This document shows positions 27,251 through 43,304 of a DNA stretch of 64,000 nucleotides, one piece after another; position 1 is the stretch's first letter; each line of letters starts with the position of its first letter. Source of the DNA: Octopus vulgaris. Lineage: Eukaryota. The stretch covers positions 12,462,001-12,526,000 of the forward strand of contig OX597815.1 of the NCBI GenBank assembly GCA_951406725.2, written 5' to 3'. The position numbers and the translations under genes were made by a program. A model generated the notes under the pieces. It made no database searches. It worked only from the letters and a program-made list of their open reading frames with translations, and was not told where the DNA came from.

Positions 27251-27734
27251 AATGCCTTCTAGGAAGGAATAAATATACTGTAACATGAAGAGAAAAGGTT
27301 ATTGCAGAGAGCGAGAATGGCCAATAAAGCGAAACAAAAGTAATTTGTGTTCCAATGAATCCTGCAGGACACTGAATCAAATATACTGAAGTAATGCAAA
27401 ATGGAAAGAGATTTGATACATATGAATGTTTAAAAGAACGTCAATAAGAATGGAAAGTTGCTAAATTTGTACACAGAATCAGCAACAGATTAAAAAGTAT
27501 ATAACTCTAAACCATCCTCATCTAAACGCAAGATGCATCACCGAATTGCTGATGATAAGGTGAATGCCGACTGGATTCGAAAACTTCAGGAGAGATCAAG
27601 AGAGCACAAAAGCGTCATAATTTTCAAGAAGGCAATGCACAATTGTTTCACCAAAATGCAATGAGAAGCCGGCAGAAGGAAAGCTATAGGCTATTATGAA
27701 AAGGTGTTAGAAAAACGTCCTTCTTAATGTTGAC

Positions 27735-28660
<926 letters not shown>

Positions 28661-29019
28661 TATATAAGCTACTGGTGGAGATTACGTAATACATGTTGCT
28701 TTGGCATCAATTCCTTCACATAAAATACGCTCTGTGATCCTCTTGGCGTTTATATAATTGTTCAAGAGTGGAGAATATCAGTAAGCTCATATCTCTTCCA
28801 TGGTATTTAGAAATATTCTACATTGCCGAATGAGTATATGTAGCTCAAACAATACTTTATTCGTATTGCCATGGCAAACGGACTTATAATGCACACACAT
28901 ATATACATACCAGCACACAGTCGCAGAGACACGTGAACGCGCAAACACATATGCATACACACAAATGTTCCCACACACACGCTCACATATATTTGTGAGT
29001 GTGTATGTGTGTGATGTAC

Positions 29020-29056
<37 letters not shown>

Positions 29057-29439
29057 ATTAAAATATACATACACCACACACACACACACTCACAATGCGA
29101 GCGGGTGTGTGCTCTCGTTTGCGTGTATGTATATGTGTGTACGCGTTCACGGTTTCTCTGCGACTGTGTGCTGGTATGTGTGCGTGTATTTTTGTGTGCG
29201 TTGTCGTTCATTAAAGTGTATGAAAATTTGAATGCTAAACAATGACACATTGCAAACATATCATTCAATATTAATGATCATTGTGCGATGAAAGATTACC
29301 GGAAGAAAGGTTGAACAATGGAATAAAGTAAACAAAACAATCGTTGGTAGGTTTGTGTATATATAATTGCGTATAGTTTGCCGCGACAATAGATGGTCGA
29401 AAATGGGTGAATGATGCTACGTTTTAAAACATATATGAG

Positions 29440-29484
<45 letters not shown>

Positions 29485-29642
29485 CAGAGAGAGAGGGGGG
29501 AGTGTACATATGTGCATACAATACAAACATATATATATATATATATTGGTTCGTGTAGAATGTGTGTATGCATATATATATACTCTCTTACTCTTTACTT
29601 TTTTACTTGTTTCAGTCATTTGACTGTGGCCAGGCTGAAGCG

Positions 29643-29725
<83 letters not shown>

Positions 29726-29837
29726 GCATATTCTTCCATATAGCTAGATGAGTAGATAGGTAGATACATAGATAGATAGGCAGATCGATAGATAGATAGA
29801 TAGATACATACATACATACATACATACATAGACAAAC

Positions 29838-29902
<65 letters not shown>

Positions 29903-30374
29903 TGAATATTACACACTAATCATAAATCATATGGTGCACAGATTCGAAAACTCTCAGACAATACAAGGTTACAGACTTGTGAAAGGACGTAATCAAAAAA
30001 AGTACTTAGATATGAAGAAAAAAACGCAAGTAAATATGATGATGAAGATAGATTCGCCAATGTAAGAACCATAATAGAATTTAACGTCTTGGATGATACC
30101 TTTTATCTAAATGAAGAAAAAATGATGAAAGAAAAGATACTGGACATCATTTATTTATACGGTTGTATGTAGACGTCTTATATTTCCCCCACTTTTCCTG
30201 CTTCTCTTAATTTTCTTTTCTTTATTGTTACACAAAGTCAGCGTAAAAGGCCACAAATCTCCTTACACACACACATACACACACACACACACACGTATGC
30301 ATCCAGATAGATAGACATATAGATAAATAGATAGATAGATAGATAGATAGATAGTTAGATAGATAGATAGATAA

Positions 30375-30520
30375 GTTTCTTTATTGGCCACACAGGGATG
30401 CACACATATGGGACAAGTTACAAGGTAGAGCTTTTCTTTTGGGGGATGAAAAAAAAAAAGCAAAACAAAAAAAAAGGTGGCGTAGGTTTTCGATCAAAAG
30501 GGATCGTAAAAGGGAAAAAA
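30375..30520 (-). mobile_element. Probable LINE 3' terminus with AATAAA and (TATC)n tail
   Basis: The minus strand ends ttgtcccatatgtgtgcatccctgtgtggccaataaagaaa, followed by (tatc)n. Confidence 0.4.
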
Positions 30521-30649
30521 AGAACAAAAAAAAATTAAAATAAACAAAAAGGAAAAGGAACAAAAGAAAAGAGAAATGAAAGTGAAAAAAAAGATAGATA
30601 GATAGATAGATAGTTAGACAGATAGACAGGTAGAGAGATAGAAAGATAA

Positions 30650-30728
<79 letters not shown>

Positions 30729-30761
30729 CATACATACATACATACATACATACATACATAC

Positions 30762-32245
30762 CTGAAATAATGATTTGGGATAGAGAAGAGAAACTGTGCA
30801 GAGTTGTGGAAATTAGCTGCCCAACGGATGTTGACATAGGGGTGAAAGTCAGTGAAAAAGAGAAGACCTATGCTGAACTATTGAGAAATCTGCAATTACG
30901 TTTTCAGGTTTATACCTGTAAGTACTTGGACCCCGGGATATGTTTCGTCCAGAAGAGAATAACCGAGAGAAGATACAATAAACCAACAATTTAACTGCAA
31001 CCATGCAGCAATATAGAGACGTGAGAAGAGGAGCACTAAGCATAACGGAAACCGCTTCACGAGAAGACAACAATTATTTCTGAAAGAAAATCTGGGGTGA
31101 AGAAATTTCTGAATTCTGAAATCTGGGGTGAAGAAACTTCTGAATTCTTTCTGAAGGAAAATCTGGGTGAAGGAATTTAACCAACATACTCAATGGCTAG
31201 AAGAAATCCTTAAAAAACATTGCTCTTGCGTTACATCGAAATCATACTACATTGATGGGGAAACTCTTGCATCTATGATTCAGAAACTCCAGGATGGAAA
31301 AAGCACCTGGAAGAGACTTGATTGTAGGATGTTGGTACAAGAAGCTAACCTTCTGACCACCGTATCTTATTAATCTGTACCAGCAAGCTTTCATTGGGAA
31401 CAGTAGCATACCACACTGGTTAGCTCTGGCAGAGACAAAAATATTGATCCCCAAATGCAGAACCAGCCACATGGCAAAAAACCACCGGCCACTTGCAAGA
31501 TAGAACTTAATGTCTAAGATATTTAAACCTATTCCTCCAGGAACATTGTGAAACCAATAAGATTATCACAGCAGAACGAGCAGCTGGGACGATGTGAGTC
31601 TGAGTATGTGCCGAGCAATTCTTAAACAACAAAACTTTGTTGCCAGAGGTGAAAATAGTCAAAGCCATATCTGACCTGACTTCATCGTTGGCCACCATCT
31701 TGAGAGAGTGGCTGTATTATCACCGATAAAATACGGTATCGCAAAGGCATATTCCAAGGAGACAATGAACTATTGAGAAATCTGCAGTTATTCGGTCCAG
31801 ATTATAAGTTCAGTTTTTTACCTGTAATTATTGGGGCCCTGGGATGTATAATTCACTGCCTAAATACCACTCTTGAGAAATAAGGTTTCTCAAAACCAGA
31901 AAGGAGGAAACTAATTCGGAGACTGCAGATCCAATTCATCACAGTAACTGTAAAAAATCTGTAAAACCTTCCAGAAGTTTATCATTTATATATATATGAA
32001 CACGTCTAGATATGCAACTATATGCATGGGAGTACATACATAAAATATACAAATATGTATGCACACATAAATACATACATACATACATACATACATACAT
32101 ACATACATACATACATACATACATACATACATACATACAAAAATACCCTGTTGTTGATGTTGAAATTCCAATGAAGGAGCTTTGGATCTAGTTTAGAAAC
32201 CGGTTCTTTACTTATTGGCAGAAAATCTTGAAATAAACTGAATAT
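30762..32245 (+). mobile_element. Rearranged RLE-type (R4/Dong-like) LINE fragments
   Basis: PEIMIWDREEKLCRVVEISCPTD...EKEKTYAELLRNL (PD-(D/E)xK-like RLE), FNQHTQWLEEI, and GIFQGD (RT motif, ~31746). The 3' UTR is shared with 11740-11850. Confidence 0.75.
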
Positions 32246-32399
32246 ATACGTATGTAACTCTATGTAATTTCATAAACTCTGATAATAGTTTGTTGTTTTA
32301 ATTTCCATGCTTAGGAGGCTTAAAATCATATCCACTGTTTCGATCGGCAGCCCGAGTCGTGGTTCTCTGATCACACTAACATTTTGATCTTGGCGATCA

Positions 32400-32940
32400 G
32401 TACAGAGATAACCGAAACGCTGCTAAGGTCAATTCCAAGGTATCTTCTCCAACAATATCAACAAGCAATGATGAATGCGTTGACTAGTTCCACCAACTTA
32501 GCAATATTGTTCTCTCACACTGTGTTCAACGACGACGAACTAAATAACAGAAGCGCTACAATACACCGCAAATTTCATACACATCGCATGCTAGCTCCAC
32601 GGCTCCCGAAGAAAGTGTTCTTTTCCAAACTCTATCATAGTAAACATTCTCACAATGATATGGATAACCGTTACAAAATCATACTGAATGCTTGAAGGAT
32701 AGAATACCGTACATAAATGATGGAAGCCGATAGTTATAGACAGATGAGAATAGATGCGACACATATAACATCCAGAGTATTAGAAGTTCAATGACATGAC
32801 CACAGGACAGCTAGAGTGAAGCAACTCATCGATTCTCCCAAACTATAAGCAACTACCAGTCCACATTGCTAAAAACGCCTCCGAACGAAAATTAAACCCC
32901 GCACTCACATGCACTGGCCACCCTCGTTGACTAGATTGTC
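32400..32940 (+). mobile_element. RTE-like LINE 3' ORF remnant
   Basis: HRMLAPRLPKKVFFSKL...NRYKIIL resembles the RTE C-terminal RM...RLPK..FY.EL...RYKD.L. Confidence 0.5.
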
Positions 32941-33538
32941 GTTGACAACAACATATTTTTGTCAACAACCTAAATAATATCCTTCGATTAAATTTATGTT
33001 ATACTGCATTTATTTTGACACTGATTATTTGAATTGCTGTCGTTTTAGTTGGGTAGGTGATGAACAATTCAATTAATAAAATTATTTTACTGGTAGATGT
33101 TTTATTGATCTTGATATAAAAACGTCAAATGCATATGAACATCAGTTACACATAGCTAATGCTTTTATGAGCCAAACAGTCAGAATCCTGTTTCCTACGA
33201 CTACGTCTGATTACATCCGTGATGATTCATGTATGTCCCTATGGGATCTATTTATGACAATGATATATTCACAGTTTTCCTCACGTACAAGTGTGTCGCG
33301 TAGGGAAATAGAATGCAAACTGTAGTTACCTAAATTACTTCTATAGGTGTGTACCTCTGTATAAGTGTATTTACGAGGATACACATAACCAGACACAAAA
33401 ACATGTACACTCAAACACAATCAAAATGTACGTCTATATATATCTATATTTATTAAAAATGTCTATACACGCATACATATATACATACATACATATGCAT
33501 ACATACATACATACATACATATATATATGTGTGTAAAC

Positions 33539-33581
<43 letters not shown>

Positions 33582-34025
33582 CATACAGATAGAAATAACT
33601 ACATATATGTGTGTGTGTGTGTGCATACAGATAGAAATAACTACATATGTGTGCATGTGTATTTATAAGTATATGCATATGCCAATGTGCATGCATTTAT
33701 ATTCATGCATGTAGATATTTATCTGTGTCTATGCTAGTGAGTGTTTAAGCGTATGTATATATGTGCGAGTGCGTGCTAACAGAACAGACTGACAAGACAT
33801 GAATCATATAACTAGAGGTCGATTGTCAGAATAATTATTGATCTAGCCTGCTGTGAACTTTCTATATCAATACATATTATACACAGGTCGATGGAAAATA
33901 CATTTGCAAATATTATTAGTCAGTTCACACAAATAAAATATAAAATATGGATAAAAAACAGATGGCGCTCATTTTATATATTAGATAATATTAATACAGC
34001 AAACTTTCCTCGTATATGTGTACGC

Positions 34026-34101
<76 letters not shown>

Positions 34102-34303
34102 GTATGTATATATGTATGTATACATATATATATATATATACGTGTCTGTGTGTATGTATATATATCCATATCTATATCTATCTATGTAGCAATATATATA
34201 TATATATATATATGTGTATATATATGATATACATATATATACCTATATACGTATACATACATATATATGATATACTTATATATATATATACATATATACG
34301 TAT

Positions 34304-34349
<46 letters not shown>

Positions 34350-34438
34350 TCACAAACATATTTCAACACGCATATGTATAGACACGCACACAAACATATA
34401 CACAATCACACACACAGACACACACACACATGCACACA

Positions 34439-34478
<40 letters not shown>

Positions 34479-34800
34479 TGTGTGCTTCTTGAAATACTTT
34501 TGTGAAATATTTATTCTCTAAAAACTAACATTTTACCTGTTGTTAGGCATGAAGTAAATTCTGACGTTATGCAACATGTGGCAAAAGTCTTCAAACCATC
34601 TAAAGTCACCTCTGATATGCACATAAACTCATTTCTGGGCAGTTGCCCATCATAATTATCAGGTATTACACAAGAGGGGAATTATTGAGATTACTGTGTA
34701 ATTTATTTAAAAGTTAGTAATAATTCGCAATGCTAAGTATTCGTAATACAAACGTCCATAGGTATATGTGTGTGTTCATATTTATTTGTATGTGCGTGTC

Positions 34801-34841
<41 letters not shown>

Positions 34842-34995
34842 CATTTTTTGTATTCTTTGTATTACTTCTGTTTGTCATTTCCCCCTCGTTTACATTATTT
34901 GCATTTGACGGATATTAACACAACCTTTCGGCTGATATACCTTCCAGCCTGTATCAGGTGTAGACATTTTTCGATGTTATTATTATTATTGGTGC

Positions 34996-35029
<34 letters not shown>

Positions 35030-35915
35030 ATTATTATAATTATTATTATTATTATTGTGTGAGAGAGAGCTGTGCATGCATTCAAAGTGACACTGGGCTA
35101 AAATATACGTACCGCAGTATACCCATCATGACTACCTGTCTGATAAGGGTACGCCAGGCACATGCATCACAACCATATGCGCGCGATATGGTGATGAAAC
35201 CTCATGAATTTCACTTCAATCCCTACACTTTGTTAAACTTGCCTACAAATTTCTTAATTACTTTGGCAAAGTTTTGTGCTTTTATTAATTTTTTTGACGG
35301 AATTACTGATAAAATTACGTTCATAATTTACTGACAAAAATTTCATTTAAATTCGTACACTAATTCCCTTAAAATTTCTCATTTAATTTTGCAACGTTTT
35401 TTCTGTTTTTCTGTTGTTAACAGCTTTTTTCTGCTTCCTTTGATATTGGCCCATTGCTTCAGTGACAAATTTCGCTTATCCCGTTCAATCCTTTATTTTT
35501 CGTAAATAATTCTTATTGACATTCTGCCCGTCGTATTAAGAAATATAAGTTCCGTCACCCAGTTATTTTCAGTGCTCACTATCTTCTATACCTCTGTATT
35601 TCTGTATACGTAAATAACCATGCCTAGCTGGAAAGTGTCAAATTTATTTCCAATGTCATGGCCAGCCAAAAGAATGTCTCCGACCAGGGAAATTGTGAAG
35701 CAAGGAAGTAGTAGCATGGATAGGCGCCTGCACTCTGCTGTAGTGGTGGAAAGGTTAAACACCCTGTAAACCCCCAACTTCCAGTCATCAACTGTCCATG
35801 TGAAATGAATTACTAAAATCGGCATTTCATTGTTTATAATTTGCACCTGTGTTTTTACTAAGAAATAAGCCATACAAAACGTGTTTTTGAATTACGTGTA
35901 TTTAATTGTTATATA

Positions 35916-36012
<97 letters not shown>

Positions 36013-36047
36013 GAATTGAAAACTTTCTTTTAACATTTTAATTAACG

Positions 36048-36196
36048 TCTATATCTCATGCTATCATGAGTTGGAGAGTTATGAATGTAGGAAGTTGATA
36101 TCTCAGCTACTAGTAGTTCAGACCTGCGTAATCTAGACAGCATTTTAAAATGTCATTACTCTCTGTAACCCGGGTAATACCTGGCATTTCTGCTAG
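36048..36196 (+). mobile_element. Short Helitron-like element (second family)
   Basis: Starts TC, ends CTAG followed by T, with an imperfect subterminal hairpin cccgggtaatacctgg. Confidence 0.5.
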
Positions 36197-36421
36197 TACT
36201 TTATATGAGTAAATGAAAAGAACAACTGACAGTTTAAATGTGACAGAGAAAGATGTCCTGAACAACGAAAATACTGGCAAAAGTCATTGCAAATTGGCAA
36301 TTCCTTTGAAGTTCATACCTTCAAAAACTTTCAAATATTATGCTTGTTTACACCCACGCACAGACAAACGGAGACACACATACGTACATATATACACACA
36401 TAGCCACACACAGACACACAC

Positions 36422-36489
<68 letters not shown>

Positions 36490-37132
36490 GTATATGTATG
36501 TGTGTGTATCTATGTTAACAGCAACACTATTTGATTGGTTACAAAAGAAACTTGTCGATGAATTGGCAATTTGAAACGTTTTACACGTATTAACTATATG
36601 TTATTATTTTTTTACATGTAACGCGTCTCTTATTTTCAATGATGCTAATTCATAAAGTAAAGGAAAGAGACAGAGATAGCGAAAGCGAAAAGGAGAGGGT
36701 TATAACTCCAGTTTACGGACCTGCCACATGTTTCGTTTCTTATATTATTTTGAAAAAGCATATTTTTAATAGAAATTTTGCAGTGAAAGATGTTCTATGG
36801 AGAGTATCGTGATTACATTGATATTATCGTGAAAATAATAATAACGAATATTCATTAGAAATATATAATTGAGTAATTTCTTTTATTTAGTATTTTTTTA
36901 AGGTAACAAACCTTTCTCTATTTGTATATGCATGAAGAAATTTAACAATACGTTAAATTACAATTGTTATTCCTTTGTCTCAATCCCACGACAATAAATG
37001 TTTACTTCCAAAGACACTCATTATAAAACTAGTAACACTGCCGTATTACAAAAACAGATGACTGCACCTCTGCTCTCTTGAATGGCGAGCGACATTGTTA
37101 CGTTTAAAAATTATCGAAGGGCATGTCCCAAA

Positions 37133-37431
37133 TCTTTATATATAAAAGTCAAGTTGTGTGTCTGTCTCCTACGATTTAGATTCCTAACTACTCCCACATT
37201 TTGCGTTGGAGTTTAACCAAAAGCGGGTATCTTATAGTCCGTGATTCATATCGAGCCCTTCTGGGTATTAGCGCGCGTCTACGATGAATCTACGATTAAA
37301 AAAAAAATTACCATCATTTTTTCCCATTTTTAATGCATTTTTTGGCTATTATATAAGGGAAATAACTCTCTAAAAATGCTTATATAGTTATTTCCCTTAC
37401 AAACCCGAGCAACGCCGGGCGATACTGCTAG
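37133..37431 (+). mobile_element. Non-autonomous Helitron-like element
   Basis: A|TC...cccgagcaacgccgggcgatactgCTAG|T; near identical to 19315-19711 but shorter internally. Confidence 0.87.
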
Positions 37432-37469
37432 TTTCAACTAATAAAGAAAACTGGAGAAAAACAATCACA

Positions 37470-37745
37470 GTGTATTGAAACAATCTGTCATTCAGAGGTT
37501 CCCAAGTGTTGAACTGCCTACACAAGTAAATGAGAAATATAAAAAAGGGATCTCATTTGGAGTATTGAAGTAAATATTGGACGAACTCCAAATTAGTATA
37601 CCTGACCAGCCAGCTATTGACAAATACACTTAGGGAAGATCAAGTGCCAGCAAGTCAATTATATATACATTTCCAGCTATACAACAAAGCTGAAAAACTT
37701 GGAAGGCGGTACCCCAGGATGGCCACACGCCATTGAGAGAAAACA
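37470..37745 (+). mobile_element. Decayed CR1/L2-like LINE 3' end
   Basis: GSQV.NCLP...LDEL...IPDQP-like fragments; similar to 41100-41240. Confidence 0.4.
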
Positions 37746-39158
37746 TAAAGTAATTCAGAAAAACAGATATGTATAGATTTATGAACGTAGATACTTATAT
37801 TTCTAAAAGCATATTACATGTTTGTGTTTGTAAAAAGTGCAATTATGTATGTGCATTTACGTGTATAGATGCGTGTGTGTGGGGTATATATGTATATGTA
37901 CATAAACAAATACATGCATACAAACACAGAGAAGTTATTTTCATTTAGTCTACTGCTTTCTCACAAATTGCTGATGCCATGTGATTGTTTTTAGTATCAC
38001 ATGTGTGCATGTGTGTGTGAGTGTGCGTGTGTGTGTGCGTTCGTGCATGTTTGTATGTTCGTATATATCGTTGTGCTTTTGACAACTTCGAAAGTCATCC
38101 ATTTCATTGTATTATTGTAAAGTAAAACAGGTTTTCCCCGTAGCAAGTCTGAATTCGCTGCTCCATTTGCTAACCACATGCTATTACATACAGAAATTCC
38201 ATTAATCAGATTAAATATAAGGATTGATTCCACGGAGTCTGCAATAGTTTTTATTTCTAGCTCTTAAAATGCATCGACAAAAGACCGGCGACATATGGCG
38301 TATGGCTTCTTCATGCGTTACATCTACATAGCAAAATTAGTTTGAAATTTCATCATTGTTATTGTATTAGCAGATTACCCGTCAAATATGACCTGTTTGA
38401 TTAGCGTATACATTAACTAATTTAAAAGTTACATGAGTTAGAGTATGATAATAGCAGTAATAATGACATATATCGACAATAGAGATAAGGGTAAATTGAT
38501 TATAAAGTAAGATAATTAACAGAGAGGGGAATGTGTATACGCCTGTGCATGATTACATCGTAAAGTGAATTTTGTCACTCTGTGTTACCTAATTATTCTC
38601 CCACTCACTCTTCCCTTATCTATCCGTGCATCGCTCCACTTCTAATGTTTTTGAATATATTAGTTTTACAAAGATACCTTTAGTCTCCAGACTTGAAAAA
38701 AAAATTACTAGCTTGATAATGCATGCAAGCATTATTGAAACCAAACGGTAGGAGAATGTCAGAAATCTGCCACATAGAAAGCTGACTCTTCCTGAAAACC
38801 TCACTGGACGGCCACTACATGCTTAAATACCGAAAGCTAAGTACGAATGCTACAAGAGTACATTTCTGATTGTGTTCTCTCTCCGTAGGTTGCGAGAGAC
38901 GTTATAAAAATTATTCCCTTTTACTCGCTAGATTTGAACTTCTATTGTATCAACATTCATTGTTCGCCTATGGTCATATAATTATATTTATGCTTCACAT
39001 GCTTTAATTCATTCAATTTCTTGTAGTTAGTTTTGGCCTGAAGTCGTGGTTAGTACATATAAATATGTGTACACATTTGTATGCTAGTTATACATGCATG
39101 TGCATGTATGTATATACATATACATATGCATATACACATATGTATATCCATACATACA

Positions 39159-39199
<41 letters not shown>

Positions 39200-39879
39200 G
39201 ATAAATATAGACACACACACACGCATACACACATATATATATCGTGTGTGTGTGCATATATGAATACATGTGCGTTCAGCATAGATGCGGGTATAGACAT
39301 GCTTGTGTATATACGTTTCTCATATGTTTCATATTATACAATTTTATATTTCATATTACCTTAACATTCATTTATCTTCTTACGGTATCATCCAAACTTC
39401 AATGAATATTTTCTTATGTGAATGTGTTTTATATTTTATTTTCAATTTTCTAATTGCACATATATAAAAATAATTCCTCGTTTTTACTTTTCTAACATAA
39501 AACTTTAAATTTTGAATTTTAATTTTAAAAAATTCCGTTCTTGTTTTTTTATTTTATTTGCAATATTTTATCTCAGTTTCTTATTTTCTATATTTAACTT
39601 TTTTATAACTTTTTTATTATGTACTTCATTTTTGATTTACATTTCATTTCTATTTATGTTTAATTTATCATTTCCTTTTTAGGTTTATATATTTATTAAT
39701 TTTTCGTTTTGCGATCTTTTTCAATACCTTATTATTTTTAAGTCTTAATATCAAGTTTTTAATGGCAGTGCTAACTTTTTAATGTTAACATTCAGTCATC
39801 TAAATTTTAAAGGTTTTCCGGAAAGTTTTATGTTTCCTTAATTTTTTTAATTCTAAAGATTTATAATACGACTCTGTTG

Positions 39880-40030
39880 CGCTTACGTTCCCGTAACTAA
39901 GCGGTGTGGCAAAATAGAAAGATAGAATAAGTACTAGGCTTACAAAGAATTAGTCCTGGGGTCAATTTGTTCGACTAAAATCGGTGCTCGTAGTCAAATG
40001 ACTGAAACAATTAAGAAGAATAAAAGAATA
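39880..40030 (+). mobile_element. SINE family B tail fragment
   Basis: gatagaataagtactaggcttacaaagaat...gtcaaatgactgaaacaa. Confidence 0.75.
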
Positions 40031-40069
40031 GGCATACGTATATGTATATACTTGTATCCGTGTATACAT

Positions 40070-40110
<41 letters not shown>

Positions 40111-40290
40111 AAAGTAATGGAAACACCTAGCATCATAGCATCATAATTTTTAAATATCTACAAAAACCGTTAATAGCTTCTTTCTTTTTATGGTTTTTTT
40201 TATTTATTGCTAGTGTCGCTTAATATGTTTTGCTAAAATTGTTGTTTCTTTTCACATATCATCAAGAAAAAGTAATCAAAATTCATTGAA

Positions 40291-40775
40291 ATGAGAGATC
40301 TAGCTGACTTTCAAAGAGGTTAAATTGTTGATACTCATTTGGTAGGCGCTAGTGCAACGAAAACAGCCGAAATGTTTGGTGTATCCCAGAAGTGCTGTCT
40401 CGGAAGTAATGACAGCCTTTGTAAAATACATAAAAACCTCCTCGTCGAAATAAAACTCGGGAAGAAAACCAATATTTTGAGTTAGGGACCGTCGGACTCT
40501 TACGTTAATTGCTAGAAAGGATCACACGAGTACAACACCAAAAATTGCTCCAGAGCTTAATAATGACTTCGTGAACCAACTTTCCACAGAACTGTTCATT
40601 GGGACCTTTGAAAGCCGGATTTCATGGGAGGGCTGCAATCAGAAAAAAACTCATTTCTAAATCAAACGTTGCAAAGCGTTTAGACTGGAGTAAAAACCAA
40701 CAGAATTAGTCCTTAGAGCAGTGGAAGAATGTTCTTTTCTCGGATGAGTCATTCTTTCCGTTATTTCCGTAGACC
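40291..40775 (+). mobile_element. Tc1-like transposase pseudogene, N-terminal part
   Basis: MRDLADFQRG*IV...GASATKTAEMFGVSRSAVSEV...SGRKP...RDRRTL...WKNVLFSDES: HTH, a GRPR-like motif and the first catalytic D, with stops and frameshifts. Confidence 0.8.
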
Positions 40776-40789
40776 TCTTATCTATTCTG

Positions 40790-41250
40790 CACTTACTCGG
40801 CCCCACCTTCAATAATGCTGCCGACTGTGGTCCACCTATAAAGCGACTCATTATGAAAGTAGAAGCAATCTAGTGGTCAATAACAAGAAAGAAAGACGGC
40901 ATGAGAGACATTGATTATTGGTGTCGCCTAAAGAAACTCAGTCTCTACTCTCTGCTACGCCGCCGGGAGCGATAGATTACATTTATCAATATTGCAGAAA
41001 TGATGTTGGCATCAGTTTTAAAATCCATGCAAAACTCCCCCCCCTCCGTGCTATCTGCACACTCCAAAAATCGAACTCGATACACAAAGCTAAATTACGT
41101 TACAATTACTTTACCTCCCTCGGTCCAGCTCTCTTTAATATCATTCCAAAAGACGTCAAAACGGAAACGGTTCTCATAAAATTCAAATGTTCACTGGACA
41201 AAATTCTTCACAAGATCACGGACCAACCTCCTACACCCACATATGTCTCC
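40790..41250 (+). mobile_element. CR1/L2-like LINE 3' remnant
   Basis: YWCRLKKLSLYSL.RRR, then GPALFNIIPKDVK...FKCSLDKIL..ITDQP. Confidence 0.65.
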
Positions 41251-42109
41251 TACATAGGGTGGGTCATATATAACTATGACCCACCCGTGATGTTATTTAT
41301 GAGCATTTTTTCGATCGCACTCATCTATACTGATGATCTCTTTACTACTTCGAAATTTACTGCTCCGTTTACCGACTGCATGCAATCAGGTATAGAAATT
41401 CCATTATTCAGATTAACGTAAGGATTGATTCCATCGGAGTTCGCAAAAGCTTTCCTTCAATATCGTAAAAGACTGGACAACAAACAGCGCGGCATCTGTC
41501 ATATGGCTTCTGCATGCATCACATGTCCATGGGCTAATCACGTGGAACTTCTTGTGCATTATATATCCCATTATCTTTGCATTTCCCTATCGAAACTCCA
41601 TGTTTATTTGGATACATTTTAGCGTGTCCCAGCTTGATCAGTTCATTAAATCGTAACACACGACATGTTGCCACAAAAAATGATTTCGCTTCTTTGGATC
41701 CTATTTTCAATTAATTCTTACCCAGAAAGATTAGATTTTAATCAATATGAGTATAAACGTCTGTACAAACCAATATTATTTATTTGACATTTAATAACAA
41801 CCATTGAATATCAACTTAATAAACATTACTTTCAATATCCCTAAATTTATTTTCATGAATATATATATATATATATATTTACGGAGATGTACTCGCATAG
41901 CAAGTAATTTGATCTGAGATCGTGTGCTGAAACGAAAACAATTGCAGCGTGGAAGGTGTTTTGTAAGCCATTTAAGAAACACACAAAAGCCGTTCGATTC
42001 ACTTTAACATTTAAGTTTAATTTGTCAAAATATTTTCGTCGCTAAAATCCGCGACCTGTTTACTGACAAAAATCCGTGCTGCATATATATATTTGTTTTA
42101 TCTATTAAT

Positions 42110-42324
42110 TGTTGCAGTCATTAATTTGCAGTCATGCCGGGGCTCTGCTTTGAATTTTTAATTAAATGAATCGACTCCAGTACTAATCATTTTAAGCATG
42201 GTAATTATTCCACAGGTCTCTTTGCCGAACTACTAATTTACGGGTGCGTAAACAACACCCCCAACACCGGTTGTCAAGCGTTGATAGGAGGAACAAACAG
42301 ACAAAAAACAAAACAGATACTTAC

Positions 42325-42356
<32 letters not shown>

Positions 42357-42497
42357 TATGGGCCTTTTCAGTTTCCGTCCACCAATTCCACTCACAAGGC
42401 TTTCCTCGACTCGAGGCTATAGAAAACACTTGCGCAAGGTGCCACGCACTGGGACTGAACCCGGTAACATGTGGTTGAAAAGTAAGCTTCTTACCAC
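42110..42497 (-). mobile_element. SINE family B, diverged copy
   Basis: Collinear with 13019-13440. Confidence 0.8.
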
Positions 42498-43233
42498 CTG
42501 TGATATGATAACCTAAGATTGGGTTTACAGCTACAATATGTCCTGGGACCATCAGTCACCCACAGTGTTGTTATAACTGAAACCGTACACTGCATGGCAG
42601 TATCATTTAAGGGATATATCATTAGCATTTATCATTTTTGGATAAAAGAAAGAATTTATACTGAAGAATTGCAACTCTCTTTATAACAGCATAATACCGG
42701 CCAGATGCTAGACTCTTTAAATGGTCTGTTACATATTTTATCGCCTTATCAAAGACTATTGCTTGATCGGGATATATTCATTTAAAAAAATTCAACTTCT
42801 TATCATAATAAAATTATGTTGTTACTTGATTTTAAAGTTTTTTACATAAAGTATCTCTTGACTCATGCATATATTTCATGTCCTTGTCAAACACTCAATT
42901 ACTTAATCGGGATCTATTCGTGTAAAATAATTTCTTCTTCATATCGTAGTGCAAGCATTTTTATTCCCTGATCTGAATGTTTCTATGTAAACTATGTTTT
43001 GACTGAACACAGAGGACACATAATGCCTCAGAACTATTCTTATCATTGGGAAAGACAATATCACTTGAATTGAATACACTTTTGTAAACTACTTTTTGAC
43101 GCAACAGAGGGTACACAAGGCCTCACACATTTTACTTTTGAAATTCTTCTCAAATAGGTGAAACTGTCTAAGTTAATGGAATACTTTTAAAAGACTACCG
43201 CATTTTCAGCTTCTTTCCATTATAGATACATAC

Positions 43234-43304
<71 letters not shown>

